Part shown: positions 13,651-25,029 of the stretch, one piece after another
Position numbering within the stretch: position 1 is the stretch's first letter
How the letters are laid out: each line of letters starts with the position of its first letter
Assembly: GCA_002269645.1 (NCBI GenBank)
Contig: NIVC01000452.1
Location: 186,001-250,000, forward strand
Direction: 5' to 3'
DNA: 64,000 nt
DNA from: Macrostomum lignano
Taxonomy: Eukaryota
Notes under the pieces: generated by a model
What the model saw: only the letters and a program-made list of their open reading frames with translations
Told to the model about the DNA's origin: nothing
Databases searched by the model: none
Made by a program: the position numbers and the translations under genes

Positions 13651-13706
13651 TAAAAATGGCATACTGTCTCTCAGATTCCAGCAGCAGTGCGCCTATACAC
13701 TACGCC

Positions 13707-14372
13707 ATGGACAATGCCAACCCAGTTGTGTACGCCAGGACTACCGAGCGTCCAATAACGCCTGGCATGCTTAACGAAGACCTTGCTGATCAGTTCGATG
13801 CTCGCGAAGTATTCGACTTAATCCGGGTTATCAACGATCCGGAGCATCCGCTAACGCTAGAAGAGCTCGGCGTTGTCAGCGAGGCTGCCGTTCAGGTTGA
13901 TGATCCGGCCAATCGGATTAGCATAGAATTCACGCCGACCATCCCGCACTGCAGCCAAGCGACTCTCATCGGTCTGAGCATTCGGGTCAAGCTGATCCGG
14001 TCGCTGCCCTCGCGCTTCAAGGTTTGTAAAAAAGTTTAATGTTACTTAGATTTGTGCGCGTATATTTCTACTGTTTCTACTGTTAGTAGACTAAAGGGAA
14101 AAGTTTTTACTTATTATGATCTTTGTCTTTTATTATAGCTATAGTAGATTTCTTAAGATTAAGAGGTCGCTTGTATAACTATTGCGGGCTGGATACGTTG
14201 ATTTATTATACGAGCTATATTGCTAATATATACGGATAGATAGTTTGGTACTTTGTTGATAGATAGATAGATAGATAGACAGATAGATAGATAGACAGAT
14301 AGATAGACAGATAGACAGATAGATAGATAGATAGATAGATAGACAGATAGATAGACAGATAGATAGATAGAC

Positions 14373-14407
<35 letters not shown>

Positions 14408-14615
14408 CAGATAGTCCCAACTCCACTGCAAGTAATAAATATCGAAACTCCGCCCCAACCAACAGGTAGGCGTCCGAATCGCTCCGGGCACGCACAACTC
14501 TGAGGAGGCGATTAACAAACAGCTAGCCGATAAAGAGCGCGTGGCGGCCGCTCTGGAGAATACCCACCTTCTGGCTGTTGTCAACCAGTGTCTGGGTGAA
14601 ATGCGCGAGCACTGA
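13707..14615 (+). CDS. CIAO2B: Cytosolic iron-sulfur assembly component 2B (MIP18/FAM96B), 2 exons, 154 aa
   Basis: Exon 13707-14021 MDNANPVVY...[28 protein letters not shown]...[31 protein letters not shown], phase-0 intron, exon 14466-14615 [32 protein letters not shown]...TGA. Family motifs [16 protein letters not shown] and [15 protein letters not shown] are present; the ENANP-like N-terminus favours CIAO2B over CIAO2A. Confidence 0.95.
14258..14414. repeat. (GATA)n/(GACA)n microsatellite in the CIAO2B intron
   Basis: Mixed GATA/GACA tetramers. Confidence 0.97.
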
Positions 14616-15214
14616 GTGTTCGGTTAAGAATTATTTATTACAATTTGGGGTTAGATTTCTTTGTTAGAAATCCAATGTCCAGCAATCAATTTGGAATTTG
14701 TAAATCTTTTTGGAATCCTTGATTTGGAATTGGGAGTCGTGTTTGGAATCCCTGGGATTTCGAATCCATAGCTCGTGCTCTTTGTGAATTGTAAATTGTC
14801 TCATATTTTTTTCCATAACGTGACTAATTTCATATTTTCGCTTCCGTATCTGGCATATTAGATTGGTGTAATCTTTTCCAATTAAATGTCAACCTGTTGT
14901 TCTGCTATATTATAAACCGGCCCTACAAATAGCAGTCAAACTTAATCATGATTCGTTCCGATCGTTCGTTAACATTTCTTTAAGCAAAGAAAGCATTTTC
15001 GCATGCTTGAATGCTTGAATAAATTGACACAATACACTATCCTAACATTGGTACAGATACTTTGAGAGCCTGCTCAAATTGTACAAGCTTTGTTTTTTGT
15101 TTACATGCTCCAAAAAAATTAATAGCTAAGTATAAATTAGTTTTATAGTTGTTAGCTTAGTATTTTTTTATTTTCATATCCCTTTAACGACTATTATACC
15201 CCAATTTCCAATCG

Positions 15215-15490
15215 ATCATACAGCATCAAATCATACAAGATCAAGTCTTACGAGATCCAGTCGTACAAGATCAAATCGTACTACATCAAATCATAAAAGA
15301 TCAAATCGTACAACATCAAATCATGCAAGATCAAGTCGTACAATATCAAATTAAAGAAGAACAAACCGAACAAGATCAAATCATACAAGAAAAAACCTTA
15401 GAAGATCAATTTATGCAAGATCAAATCATACAAGATCAAGTCGTACAAGATCAAATCGTACGAGAGCAAATTATACCAGATCAAATCATT
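15215..15490. repeat. Degenerate 15-bp tandem repeat
   Basis: Unit approximately ATCAAATCGTACAAG, about 18 copies. Confidence 0.85.
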
Positions 15491-15574
15491 TAAAATCATC
15501 ACTGCAAACCAAATCAATATACACACAGTACACCCGTGTGTGCACAGCCTTTAAAATCTGATTTTGAGAAAATT

Positions 15575-15627
15575 TTGGTTCAACTTGCAGTCAACGCGGA
15601 TACAACACCGCATCAATACTCATTAAA
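15575..15627 (+). promoter_or_regulatory. Splice acceptor 37 nt upstream of the XRCC4-like ATG (5' UTR intron or trans-splice site)
   Basis: TTTTGGTTCAACTTGCAG| ends at 15590; no coding donor partner was found upstream. Confidence 0.45.
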
Positions 15628-18600
15628 ATGTCATTTGACCGCCTGGTGAAGCTCTCCGGCCTCGACTCGCTGCTCTTGCCAGCTGGCGGCGGGTTCAGTC
15701 TAATTGGCGAGCTGCGCGACTCCGCGCTCTGGCTGTCTCTGTCCGACGGCGATGCCGTCTATTGCGCCAAAATTGACCGGGCCGAGCTGGCCGAACTGCG
15801 TGTCCAATTGGGCCTGGAAGACGATTCTAGCGTATTCAGCGCTGTGAGGTGCGTGCACGTTCTCAGTAGTTTCTTGATTTTCAACGGTTTTTAGGATATT
15901 TTGTTACTTGTAGGCTATTAGTGTATTGGATTTATAAATTACACATGCATGTACATGTAGCTAGGAATCTGTGGGCTGCGGCAACTGTGCCAGCCTAAAG
16001 AGTTAAACTAAAGAATATTTCGATCATTATTAAGACTGACGATCATAGAATAAAGTAAAGTAGTATGACGCGCGCGCGCGCTACGCTCGATTTCTTAGAT
16101 ACAAACTGGAGCTGGCCGGTAAAAAGGTATAACGCTCTCGAGAATAAGGTTTTCGAAAGGTAGACATTTTCTGTGGAGAAAAATCTGATTTAAGGTTATT
16201 TGCATCTCACTTGCACTGGTCCTGCTACATGTAGATAGATTTTGAAACGGACGAAGATTTCTCTAACCCGAAGCCTTACCCTCGCTAGCCGATATAGCAT
16301 CATTGACGCTTGTATTGCACTCCTCAATTCCGGATCCGCCTAGATGCTCCACAGCCGACCGTAAACGCTCGTTACACTTTGTCCTCGACATCTCCAGGAT
16401 GAAAAATTTCATCAGCCGCTAGATCCAACTTGGTGAACTCGTCCATCTCTTTCAGAAACATAAATCATTGCAGGTCCGCTGCAGGAACTCCCAAGTTTGT
16501 TTTTTTCGCCTCATGCAACTCCTTAAACGTACATGTAGCTCTAACTATCATTCGCTCGCATTTCTTTAAGGTGCTTGGTAGAATTAAATGACTTTGCAGA
16601 AAATGTAGACTTAGTAGCGAATATTTCTGACTCTTCTTCATTTCTCCTCTTAACTTACGAGCTATATCTCTCTGAGTGTGTTCAGTACATGGAGGAAAGA
16701 ATAGAATGGAGTGCTAATCTGAGCCAGTTATTTTTATCTCGCTCGATTTTCGCTTTTAACATCCCTTTCCCCCCCGTTCCTTCCTATTGGCTGAAAGCAT
16801 ATTTTGATGCGAGCTCATATTATGCTGGGACAGACCTTTCAGAGGGGAACGAAAACGAAAACGAGACGAAAAATACTTTGTCTATGGCAGTCACGAGCCA
16901 ATAGGAAAGAACGGGGGGGAAGGGATGTTAAAAGCGAAAATCGAGCGAGATAAAAATAACTGGCTCAGATTAGCACTCCATTCTATTCTTTCCTCCATAG
17001 TTCAGTACTGTTGGCCACAGAATATACTGTTGGCTTTAAACGTTGGTGGCCATAGAAAAACGATTATTTAAACAAAATGAGTTAAATATACTAGGGTCAG
17101 GGTGTATGGCTTCTGATTCAATGAAGAATTAGACCATAGGCAGCAAAACCAATTTTGGTATCCAAGATATGTTTGCCATAGTAATGGAGCGATTTGGTCC
17201 ATAGATCTTATATTCTCTAGATAGGCCCCTTGGTATTGCAGCAATAGGGAAAGTCCGACCGCTGTTTTTCGTCACTTGTGCGACAAAAGCCAACATGGGT
17301 TGCTAAAATTTTGATTTCAGTAGCTTAGGGACATAGGGACATGAATAAAATAAAAAGCTACTCCATCAAACTTAGACTGATGCATGCACTGCAGAGACTA
17401 CTGATTAAATTGAGTTCAGTGGCTAGTTGATTTTTGAGCTGTCACGAGTTGCAAAATTTTTAACGTTAGCTTCTATGGCCACATAAGTGGTTAATGAGTG
17501 GCCCATCTTGTGTATATATGATCTTTGATTGAAGCTATCGGCTATTTGTTAGTCCAACAAGCATCTATTTGGTTCATAGCAGCTGAACGAGCTACAGTTT
17601 CATCCCTAGGTTTTCATTTAGACAGACTGTCACAAGCAGTGGGGACGAGAGCAATGCTTCATTTGCAGCGGCGAAGCACGGTCAGTCCCAGAATCGTGGA
17701 CCATATGCTAGATTGTCAAACGAACGCCATGGGCTTGTGATCGAAGCCGAGTTTTGAGCTAGCTAAAAAAACTGTGTGCCAAATAGTTTGATGTTAGAAT
17801 TTTCAGTCTCAGTTTTATCAGTCGCGGACTAGCTGCTTGTATGCTTTGATTAGAAAATCTCTGTTTACACTAGAAGGATTTTGTTTTTGTCCTTTCTGGA
17901 GTAGAAATCGCTCTTTGCAAAAAACAAGTTTCATACACTAAAGCTGCTTGTAAAAAAATAGGTAGCTGAGAAAATCAAATGAAAGCAGCTCTTGTAATGC
18001 TATTCTTTACAGAAGTCATGATTTACAAACAGTTAACTGTTTAACTAGCACAAAGCATCGCTGATACTATAGTGTTCAGGCACGATTCTCATTTGCCTGT
18101 AATATTTTTGTGCAATTTTAGCCTTTACACAGTTGACCCGCAGAAGTTTGCAGATTACTCAAATTTGTCCACGACTTGAAGGTTGGTGGTTCGATTCTTG
18201 ACACTCAGAACAATCTGTGTCCTTAAGCAAGACACTTGACTCTGCAATTGCTTCAGTTCACCCAGCTGTAAAATGGGTGCCAGCATTAGCTGGGGTATTT
18301 GAAAGTGTGTGGCGAACCCCTCCCAGTCTATGGACCGAACAGCCGTACACAGCCTTCAGATGCGCTGCGCAATAGCTGCGGCTGAGCTGTCGGTTGCACA
18401 TCTGCCTATTAGAGCAGGTGAAAGCAATTATTAATTTTATTATTACCAGTGGTAAATTTTCATATCCCCTTCAATACACTCCCTACACAGGGCAGCACTT
18501 CTTTGCCAGAAACTGCCGCAGCCGCCGCCGTTGCGACCGTCTGAGTCGCCGCCGGCTTTGATCTTGCCGGTTCGTGGCTGCTCCATTCGGCTGCTGCCCG

Positions 18601-18779
18601 CTGACGATCCGGCGCCAATTAGGCGCCATCTGCTCACCCTGTTAGCCAGACGCGCCGTGGCCGCAGCTGCTGAGCTGTCAGAGCTTCAGAATCAGCAGCC
18701 AGTGGCTGACATGGCCGAGCAGGAGGAGCAGGTCGGAGAGGATGTGAGTCAGTTCAGTCGAGAAGCGTCTTCTGGCTGA
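15628..18779 (+). CDS. XRCC4/XLF/PAXX-superfamily head-domain protein (about 169 aa if exon 2 is terminal)
   Basis: Exon 15628-15848 (donor AG|GTGCGT, phase 2) joins acceptor TACACAG|G at 18491 in frame: ...LWLSLSDGDAVYCAKIDRAELAELRVQLGLEDDSSVFSAVR/AALLCQ...GCSIRLLPADDPAPIRRHLLTLLARR. This parallels recalled XRCC4 motifs (ITLTDG..AW, LRKALL, GSFNLEKVENPAEVIRELI) and PAXX motifs. A possible further donor GTGAGT lies at 18744. Confidence 0.6.
16688..16999. mobile_element. 312-bp MITE with ~105-bp TIRs and 8-bp TSD (P-element-like termini)
   Basis: CATGGAGGAAAGAATAGAATGG... and ...CCATTCTATTCTTTCCTCCATA are near-perfect inverted repeats, flanked by GTTCAGTA at 16680-16687 and 17000-17007. Confidence 0.85.
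18150..18443 (+). mobile_element. tRNA-derived SINE family 1 (CORE-like central domain)
   Basis: B-box GGTTCGATTC, central TGTGTCCTTAAGCAAGACACTT...CACCCAGCTGTAAAATGGGT, (ATT)n tail; four copies in the window. Confidence 0.85.
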
Positions 18780-18899
18780 TTTATGACAATGAGTCGAAGA
18801 TCAAGGACCACTGATAGTAAGAGGCGGTCGCACTGCAAAATTGAGTGAGCCTGATTTCGCTTAAAAATGCATTTGCAGGATGGGAACTTTTCAGCCATT

Positions 18900-19142
18900 T
18901 ATACTGCAATATACACATGGAAGTTGGCATTACGTTGGAAGCAATGACCATTAAGGAACACTTCGTTATATATATAGAAAGAAGTTATAGTGTGGAAAGG
19001 CACGGTTGGAGAGGGTTTATGCTGAGGGAGGGGTAAGAGCCAATAAATGAGTCTTGGCTTTAAAATACAATAAAATGCTTCTGTTTAACTTGCTACTGAA
19101 CTGAAAGTAGCCCAAATGTGCTGAGATGGCCCATCTAGCTAT
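18900..19142 (+). mobile_element. MITE family A partial copy
   Basis: GGGGTAAGAGCCAATAAATGAG...CTACTGAACTGAAAGTAG...GGCCCATCTAGCTA matches the right half of the copies at 46080-46196 and 47240-47345. Left limit approximate. Confidence 0.7.
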
Positions 19143-20564
19143 TCTAGTATCTGTGCATTGAACCAAACGCATGCTAGCTAATTTTCATGTTATCGCCCAA
19201 AGTACGGATAGTAAGTAAGAAATCGTAAATTTACGATTCAAGACTTGTTAATTAATTAATGGCTGGGCCAATTTGGATGATGCATTTTAAAGCAACGCGT
19301 CCTTGTGGTCATTGTGGCAGATCAAGAAACTTTTATAGCAAATAGTTACGAGTCTTTACAGCTCTTCCATCAGCTGCCCTTTTTGCGACCAGTTCGGTGC
19401 AATTATAACAAAATATGTCATGACCCGCTTTTATTTTGTTCCAATTATGACGAAAAACCCGATAATTTGTCTTCCACAATTTCTCGCAAGCAATCATTCA
19501 TTTATATTCTTTATTTGTTTTTTGAACTTTTACTAGAGTAAGTAAAATGAACTTTGCAAGTTTTGTATTTGGTATTAGCCGCCCACTTACATGTATATTA
19601 GCTTGTATATGTACTTCAATTTAGTTTTTGTTGTTGTTGAAAGTCAATTTTTCCCTATGCAAAAGTCAGTACAGGGCAGTCTGCTCTTTTTCTGTAATTT
19701 TTTGGTAGCTATGATCTTTTCCATATTGATTATAATCGTTATAATATATTTTCTGGTATTGTGACGATTAACCGGCAGACTCGAAATTAACTGACGAAGA
19801 CAACTACAGCAGAGGCAAATTTTTTTAGCGGTAGCACTTGATGATTTAATAGAGATGGGTCAGAGTATTTGCTGAATCCGTAAGGAATGCACTGGGCGGC
19901 TACGCAACAATAAGATAGATTATAGATGATAGAGCGAGCGAGTCGATGAGCCTGAGGCAATGGCGACGATGTGATCGCAGTGATCGTGATCGTGTGGTGG
20001 CGGTACTCGTAGCGAGAACCCTTTACAGACGGTAGTGGTGGCGTGATCGAGCATTGACGGTGGCGGTGGCGTGACTGAGACTTGGCAGAGGCGTGGTTTA
20101 GAACTGGCGGAGCGAGGCGGAGAGACAAGACGGGTAAACAAGCAAACAAGGGTTGAAAAACAAGGGTCTAACCCCGGGCGCCCCAACCAGACAGGACTGA
20201 TAAAGAGCGGGCTGGGGGTGGATGCGCGAGGAGAGCTTAATTTCAGGCTAGCATAATTTATGCGCGGCTTTTCTATTGGCCGGCGAGAAAAACCAACTTG
20301 TAAACAGAAATTATCGATCGCATTGTACATAGGCTTTACAAACGCACGCAATATTTTTTAAAATTCTTCGGGCATTACTTTAAGCAGACGTGAGAGTACG
20401 AGACCATTAAATTAACAATATTATAGATTGGCACTGCTTTCGCTAAAACGGCCCTTGTCGGGGCTACCTCAACTGACAACGTCACAGTATATTACACAAA
20501 AACTAGCGTAATTTTTTGCCAAGTTGCCAAGTTTTTATTGTGCAGTTACTTTTTGTTTCTTTAA

Positions 20565-20870
20565 TTAAGTCAGTTAGAGCGTTGGAATCACGACTGAAAG
20601 GTTGGAGGTTCGATGAGCCCACTTGGAATAATTTGTGTCCTTCAGCGAGATACTGAACTCTGCATTGCTTCACCCAGCTGTGTAAAATGGGTACCAGCTA
20701 GCTTGGGTAATTGAGGGTGTGTGTGGCGACCCCCCTTCCCCAGTCCTTGGACTGAACAGCCGTACATGTACATGTACGCAGCCTTCTTAGATGCGCCGAA
20801 TAGCTGCGGCTTTGTCGCGGTTGCACATCCGTTAAGGCAGGTGTGGTGTAATAGAGTATTATTATTTTAG
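20565..20870 (+). mobile_element. tRNA-derived SINE family 1
   Basis: Same body as the 18150 copy: GGTTCGATG, TGTGTCCTTCAGCGAG, CACCCAGCTGTG, ATT tail. Confidence 0.8.
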
Positions 20871-20904
20871 TTTTCAGCTGAAGAAAACATTTTCTTCAGC
20901 AAAC

Positions 20905-21130
20905 TTTGATACATGGCAAACTTTTTTATTTCAAGGGCCAGATAGAAAATCTAGCTGATGGCTGCTGGCCAGATGAGAGTAGAGGAGAGAATTGATCGAA
21001 GAGAGCTGAGAATAAGAAACCTTGAGCGGGCCGGATCGCTATTATGAACTTTAAAAGGGTCCGAGGGCCGAATAGAGATGCTTCGAGAGCCGAATGCCTC
21101 CCGTGGGGCTGTATTTTGCTGACCCCCGTC
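20905..21130. mobile_element. hAT-like non-autonomous element fragment
   Basis: GGCAAACTTTTTTATTTCAAGGGCCAGATAGAAAATCTAGCTGATGGCTGC recurs at 23885-23940; ends in TATTTTGCTGACCCCCG. Confidence 0.5.
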
Positions 21131-24039
21131 TACAGGTTAGAATTAAAAGTCCCTATCTTTTAAACGAGTTATATTCTTCAACGGTGAAGCATTTTTCGTG
21201 GAGTTGTTTTGGAAGTCGTAGATGTGTTGTTGAATACTATTTTTAGGGGGGTCGCATATGGATATTATCGTGAGGATCGAGGGTAGAGCCAAGAATTCTG
21301 TATGTACACATTTTTTCGAGAATTGGAAATGTTTTATACATACATGTAGCACCACTCATTTTGACGCAGCAGCCGCGGGTACTCATTTCGGCACCGCAGA
21401 CACTTAAGGCGCCCTGAAAAAGGCGTGAAGCAAAATTATTGATTTCCACAACAAGGTGCAAGGTGAGTGACAAAGAAAGCATAGCATGTCCCCCATATAG
21501 CTTCTACTGGGGGGGGGGATCCCACTCCCCATGTCGCCCCCGTGGCGACGACGCATATGTTATTTAATTATCTGCACACATCAAGTGTTAGTCCACCACT
21601 GTAAATACATTTTTATGTACATGCATATGCATGTAAACAATTGTATAAAAAACACAACAAGAAGCTCATGAAAATTCTCAGCTGTAATGTTTCTGTTTTG
21701 TTTTTCTACGTGCATTTAGCTGAAGAGCAAATTACTTTAAAACAAAAGTTCTACGTGTACCATACCATTTTTCATGCCCTGTGCCTAAAATTAGCCATTG
21801 GCATTAAAAAGGCAACGTACAGCTCGGCTCATTGGTTTTATGAGTCAATTTTAGCATTCTTAGCTCACTGTGTAACAGATGATAAAATAGATTCATACAT
21901 AAAAACCAAAGATTCAAGCTGTGCCATGTATTTTTATGATTTTTATGTACAGGAAATGCGTAGAAAAAATTACCATAATACTAATCTTCTAAACAAAAAG
22001 CTTGGTGAATATCAATAGGGCTATAAGAAAGGCAAAACATATCAGAAATGAACATCGGGTCTGCCTCCAATCGAAAGCAATAACACAAATTTAATATGAA
22101 AAGTTAAAAGTTTTTTAACTCAGTAGTGTAGCTATTTTAAACACTTTCTAAGAAACGTAGTTTACCTCCGTGGTAGTCCTTGGTTAACCATCGGTTAAAA
22201 AGCGACCTTAATGTGAATTATTAGATGGGGTTTCAACCAATAATTCTAATAATTCCTGACTCCATAATGTAAACTCCAATCTATATGTTCTAATTACTTC
22301 ATAACGTACTATGCTTAGGAAGTATAACAAAAGCATAATTATTTGTAAAATTGTCATGACTATCTTGAAAAATATACAAACACTTTTAGCACAGTATTTT
22401 TTATTTTTGCTTTTTTATGTTTTTTAACTTTAAGAAAATTAAAATACCAGTTTCTTAGTCCGGACACGAACCAGATCGTCGGCCAGTCCAGTTAGTACAA
22501 CTGGCGCAACCCGCTCAAGCCAAAATTGCTTGAGCTACTTTTTCTAACTAGGTCCTTTAGACTCGCTACTAGAAGATATAAAAATAGCCTTTTCGCGTGA
22601 AAATGTTTCGTGATTTAGGCTAAAGCCAAGTGTTATTTACAATGCTATCAAATAATTGCCCGAATCACAACTGGAGACCGATGTTCAAAGAAATGAACAA
22701 TTAAAGTTGGTGATCACACGAAATTTGGCCTTATTTGCAGGGTTCCTGCGCCCTCCCTTATCTCCTTTATCTCTTTTATTTGGCAAACCTCCTTTATTTC
22801 CTTTATCTCCTTTATTTGGAAGATTTTTGGGACTTTCTCCTTTATTTTAGTCACTTTAGCTCCTAGGATTTTTAGGCTTAGCACACAATACATGTACTAA
22901 ATATATTATTAGTTTAGAGTCCTTTTAAATAATCATTTTCAAGAAGACTTTTCCATTGCCTTGTATTATTTTCCTGGACAATTTTATATAGAAGAATAGT
23001 TTGTAAGTCTCAACAAAATGGTTCGTTAGAAAGTTAGATTAGGTCCTAATCATAATCATATGATTAGGACATTAGTTAGGTCTAGTTACTAGGCCTAATT
23101 GAACAAACTTTTAAGCATCAATCCTAGCCATTCCTAGGTTAGCCACAATATTAAATATGTGGAACTGTGGAGTTGGAGATATATAAGTTCCTCTCATAAG
23201 GTTGCAAATTGGCCAGAAGGATGACATGATCAAAGCAGTCAACAAATAGGCCACAGAATGAAACAACCATGAGAATACTAACTATGTCTTAAAAACTGGC
23301 TTTTGAACCACGGGTTGGTAAGGCAATGTTGTAGTTTGTTTTGCATAATTTTTTTTTATTTTTAAATACGTGTCAACCTGACACAAAGGGTTTAAATTCT
23401 TGCTGAATTGTTATGCCACATCATCCTAAAAGGCTATAAACACTTTCAGGCAGGCAATGAGGCAAGTTTTAGTTAGGGGTGAAGGTGAAGAACCATGCCA
23501 TTGTCAACCACCATCTGCACTTTGTCAACCCTCAGGATGTGACGGTTCATACAAACATAATTGAAGGTACATAGGCATATGCTAAGCACAAATTCAGATT
23601 GATGCATGGCACATCCAATGCTCTCTTTGAAAGTGATCTCAAAGAGTTCCTCTAGTGTTGCATGTACCCTATAAATGTCTTTGGTGCAGTGCTATATTGG
23701 ATTGCCCATTACTATCCCCTGTAAGGATTTGAGTTCTAAGACTTGTTTTGAGCAACTTTTAAAGATTCAGTGACTAAGAAGCGATGTTATACTCCTGTTA
23801 ATGTTTACTTGTTTGATTGTTCATGACATTGGTGCATATTCAAAAGTAAAAATAATTATGCGAAACAAACTGCAACATTTCTGGTTGGCAAACTTTTACT
23901 TCAAAGGCCAGATAAAGAATCTAGCTAATGGCTGCAAGGATAGATAAGAATGGAAAGAAGAATGAATAAACAAGAAGAAAAGAGAGGTAAGAGAGAGAAA
24001 AAGAAAAAATAAAAGATAAGAGGAGGGTTGCCTTTTATT

Positions 24040-24397
24040 AATAGTAAGGGGGTTATGTGCACCCTGGTGCACTTTAAGCGACATAGGCATACAACCGGCG
24101 AGAGGCATTATTGCCCATTTCTCCAACTCCCTAAAATAGGCATACAAATGCGCAGTCGCGTGGATACAAATTCAGGCATATTGCACATACTCACATAAGA
24201 GTGTACAGCTTCCCTAACTTTATATTATTGTTAGGCATATATACTTTATTCCACCTTGGGGGGTTGGCTCCCAAGGCCATTAATTTCACAAGCAGAGCCA
24301 AGCCAAGATTCCAATTCAGCCCCAAATTAATGTGACTGCACTTGGAATCAAGCCTGGGTTGCTGGCACACTAGAGCAGCTGCGCTACTGCTGGGCTA
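24040..24397 (-). mobile_element. tRNA-derived SINE family 2 (second copy)
   Basis: Similar to 36255-36508; its head abuts the MITE at 24411. Confidence 0.65.
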
Positions 24398-24410
24398 TGG
24401 CCCCCCTGAG

Positions 24411-25021
24411 CCCTATAGGAAAAAGTTGTAAATCCGCGGACGGCGTCCGGCGCACTTTTGAAATTTTTCTAAAGCGCGGCGCGCGCACAGGCGCGCAGCG
24501 CCTGCGCGGCGTGCGCGCGCTGCCTTTTCTTGCTGGCTGCTGCTCTAGCAAATACATATGCATGGAAAGGGGTCATCTAATACCTCTGTGGAAGGGGCCT
24601 ATACACTTATAATTTATAAAGCTTAGAGATGTTCCGAAATTTCAATTTGAATTTTCCAAAATTAGAATTTTTATTAAGAGCAAATTTCAATTTCGAATAA
24701 AATTAGAAGTCAAAATTTGGAAGCTAAAATCGAAAAGTCAAAAATCGCTAAAAAAGCAGTAATTTCTGCTACATCTACGTGTATTTCATTTTGCATAAGC
24801 AGTAAATCGAATGTAAAAAGTGAGTATTGGTCATACTAAACTTTGTTTTTCTGCATTTTGATTTCGGAAAATTTCAATTTTGAGTTTGGAAAGTTAACGA
24901 ATTTTGATTTCGAGGAAACTGCTCTTTCGGGACATCTCTAATTATCCTAAAGCGCGGGAAAATAATTTGACTCTATTCTAAAGCGCGCGTCCGCGGGTTT
25001 TCAACATTTATTCCAATAGGG
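24411..25021. mobile_element. MITE with 8-bp TSD containing a nested hAT-like MITE (24624-24940)
   Basis: Outer TIRs CCCTATAGGAAAAAGTTG...CCGCGGACG / CGTCCGCGGG...CCAATAGGG, TSD CCCCTGAG on both sides. Inner TIRs TAGAGATGTTCCGAAA / TTCGGGACATCTCTA. Confidence 0.75.
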
Positions 25022-25029
25022 CCCCTGAG

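Noticed and set aside
12765-13706. 314-aa repetitive in-frame N-terminal extension of CIAO2B ([10 protein letters not shown] repeats)
   Set aside because: A 30-bp unit keeps frames open by chance. The family N-terminus starts at MDNANP and an acceptor lies just upstream of that ATG. It would need Ribo-seq or proteomic support.
19787-20351. GC-rich patch with 120-143-aa ORFs, considered as a third exon of the XRCC4-like gene or a C/D snoRNA
   Set aside because: No in-phase acceptor with a Ku- or Lig4-binding motif was found, and the TGATGA...CTGA spacing (under 40 nt) is too short for a snoRNA.
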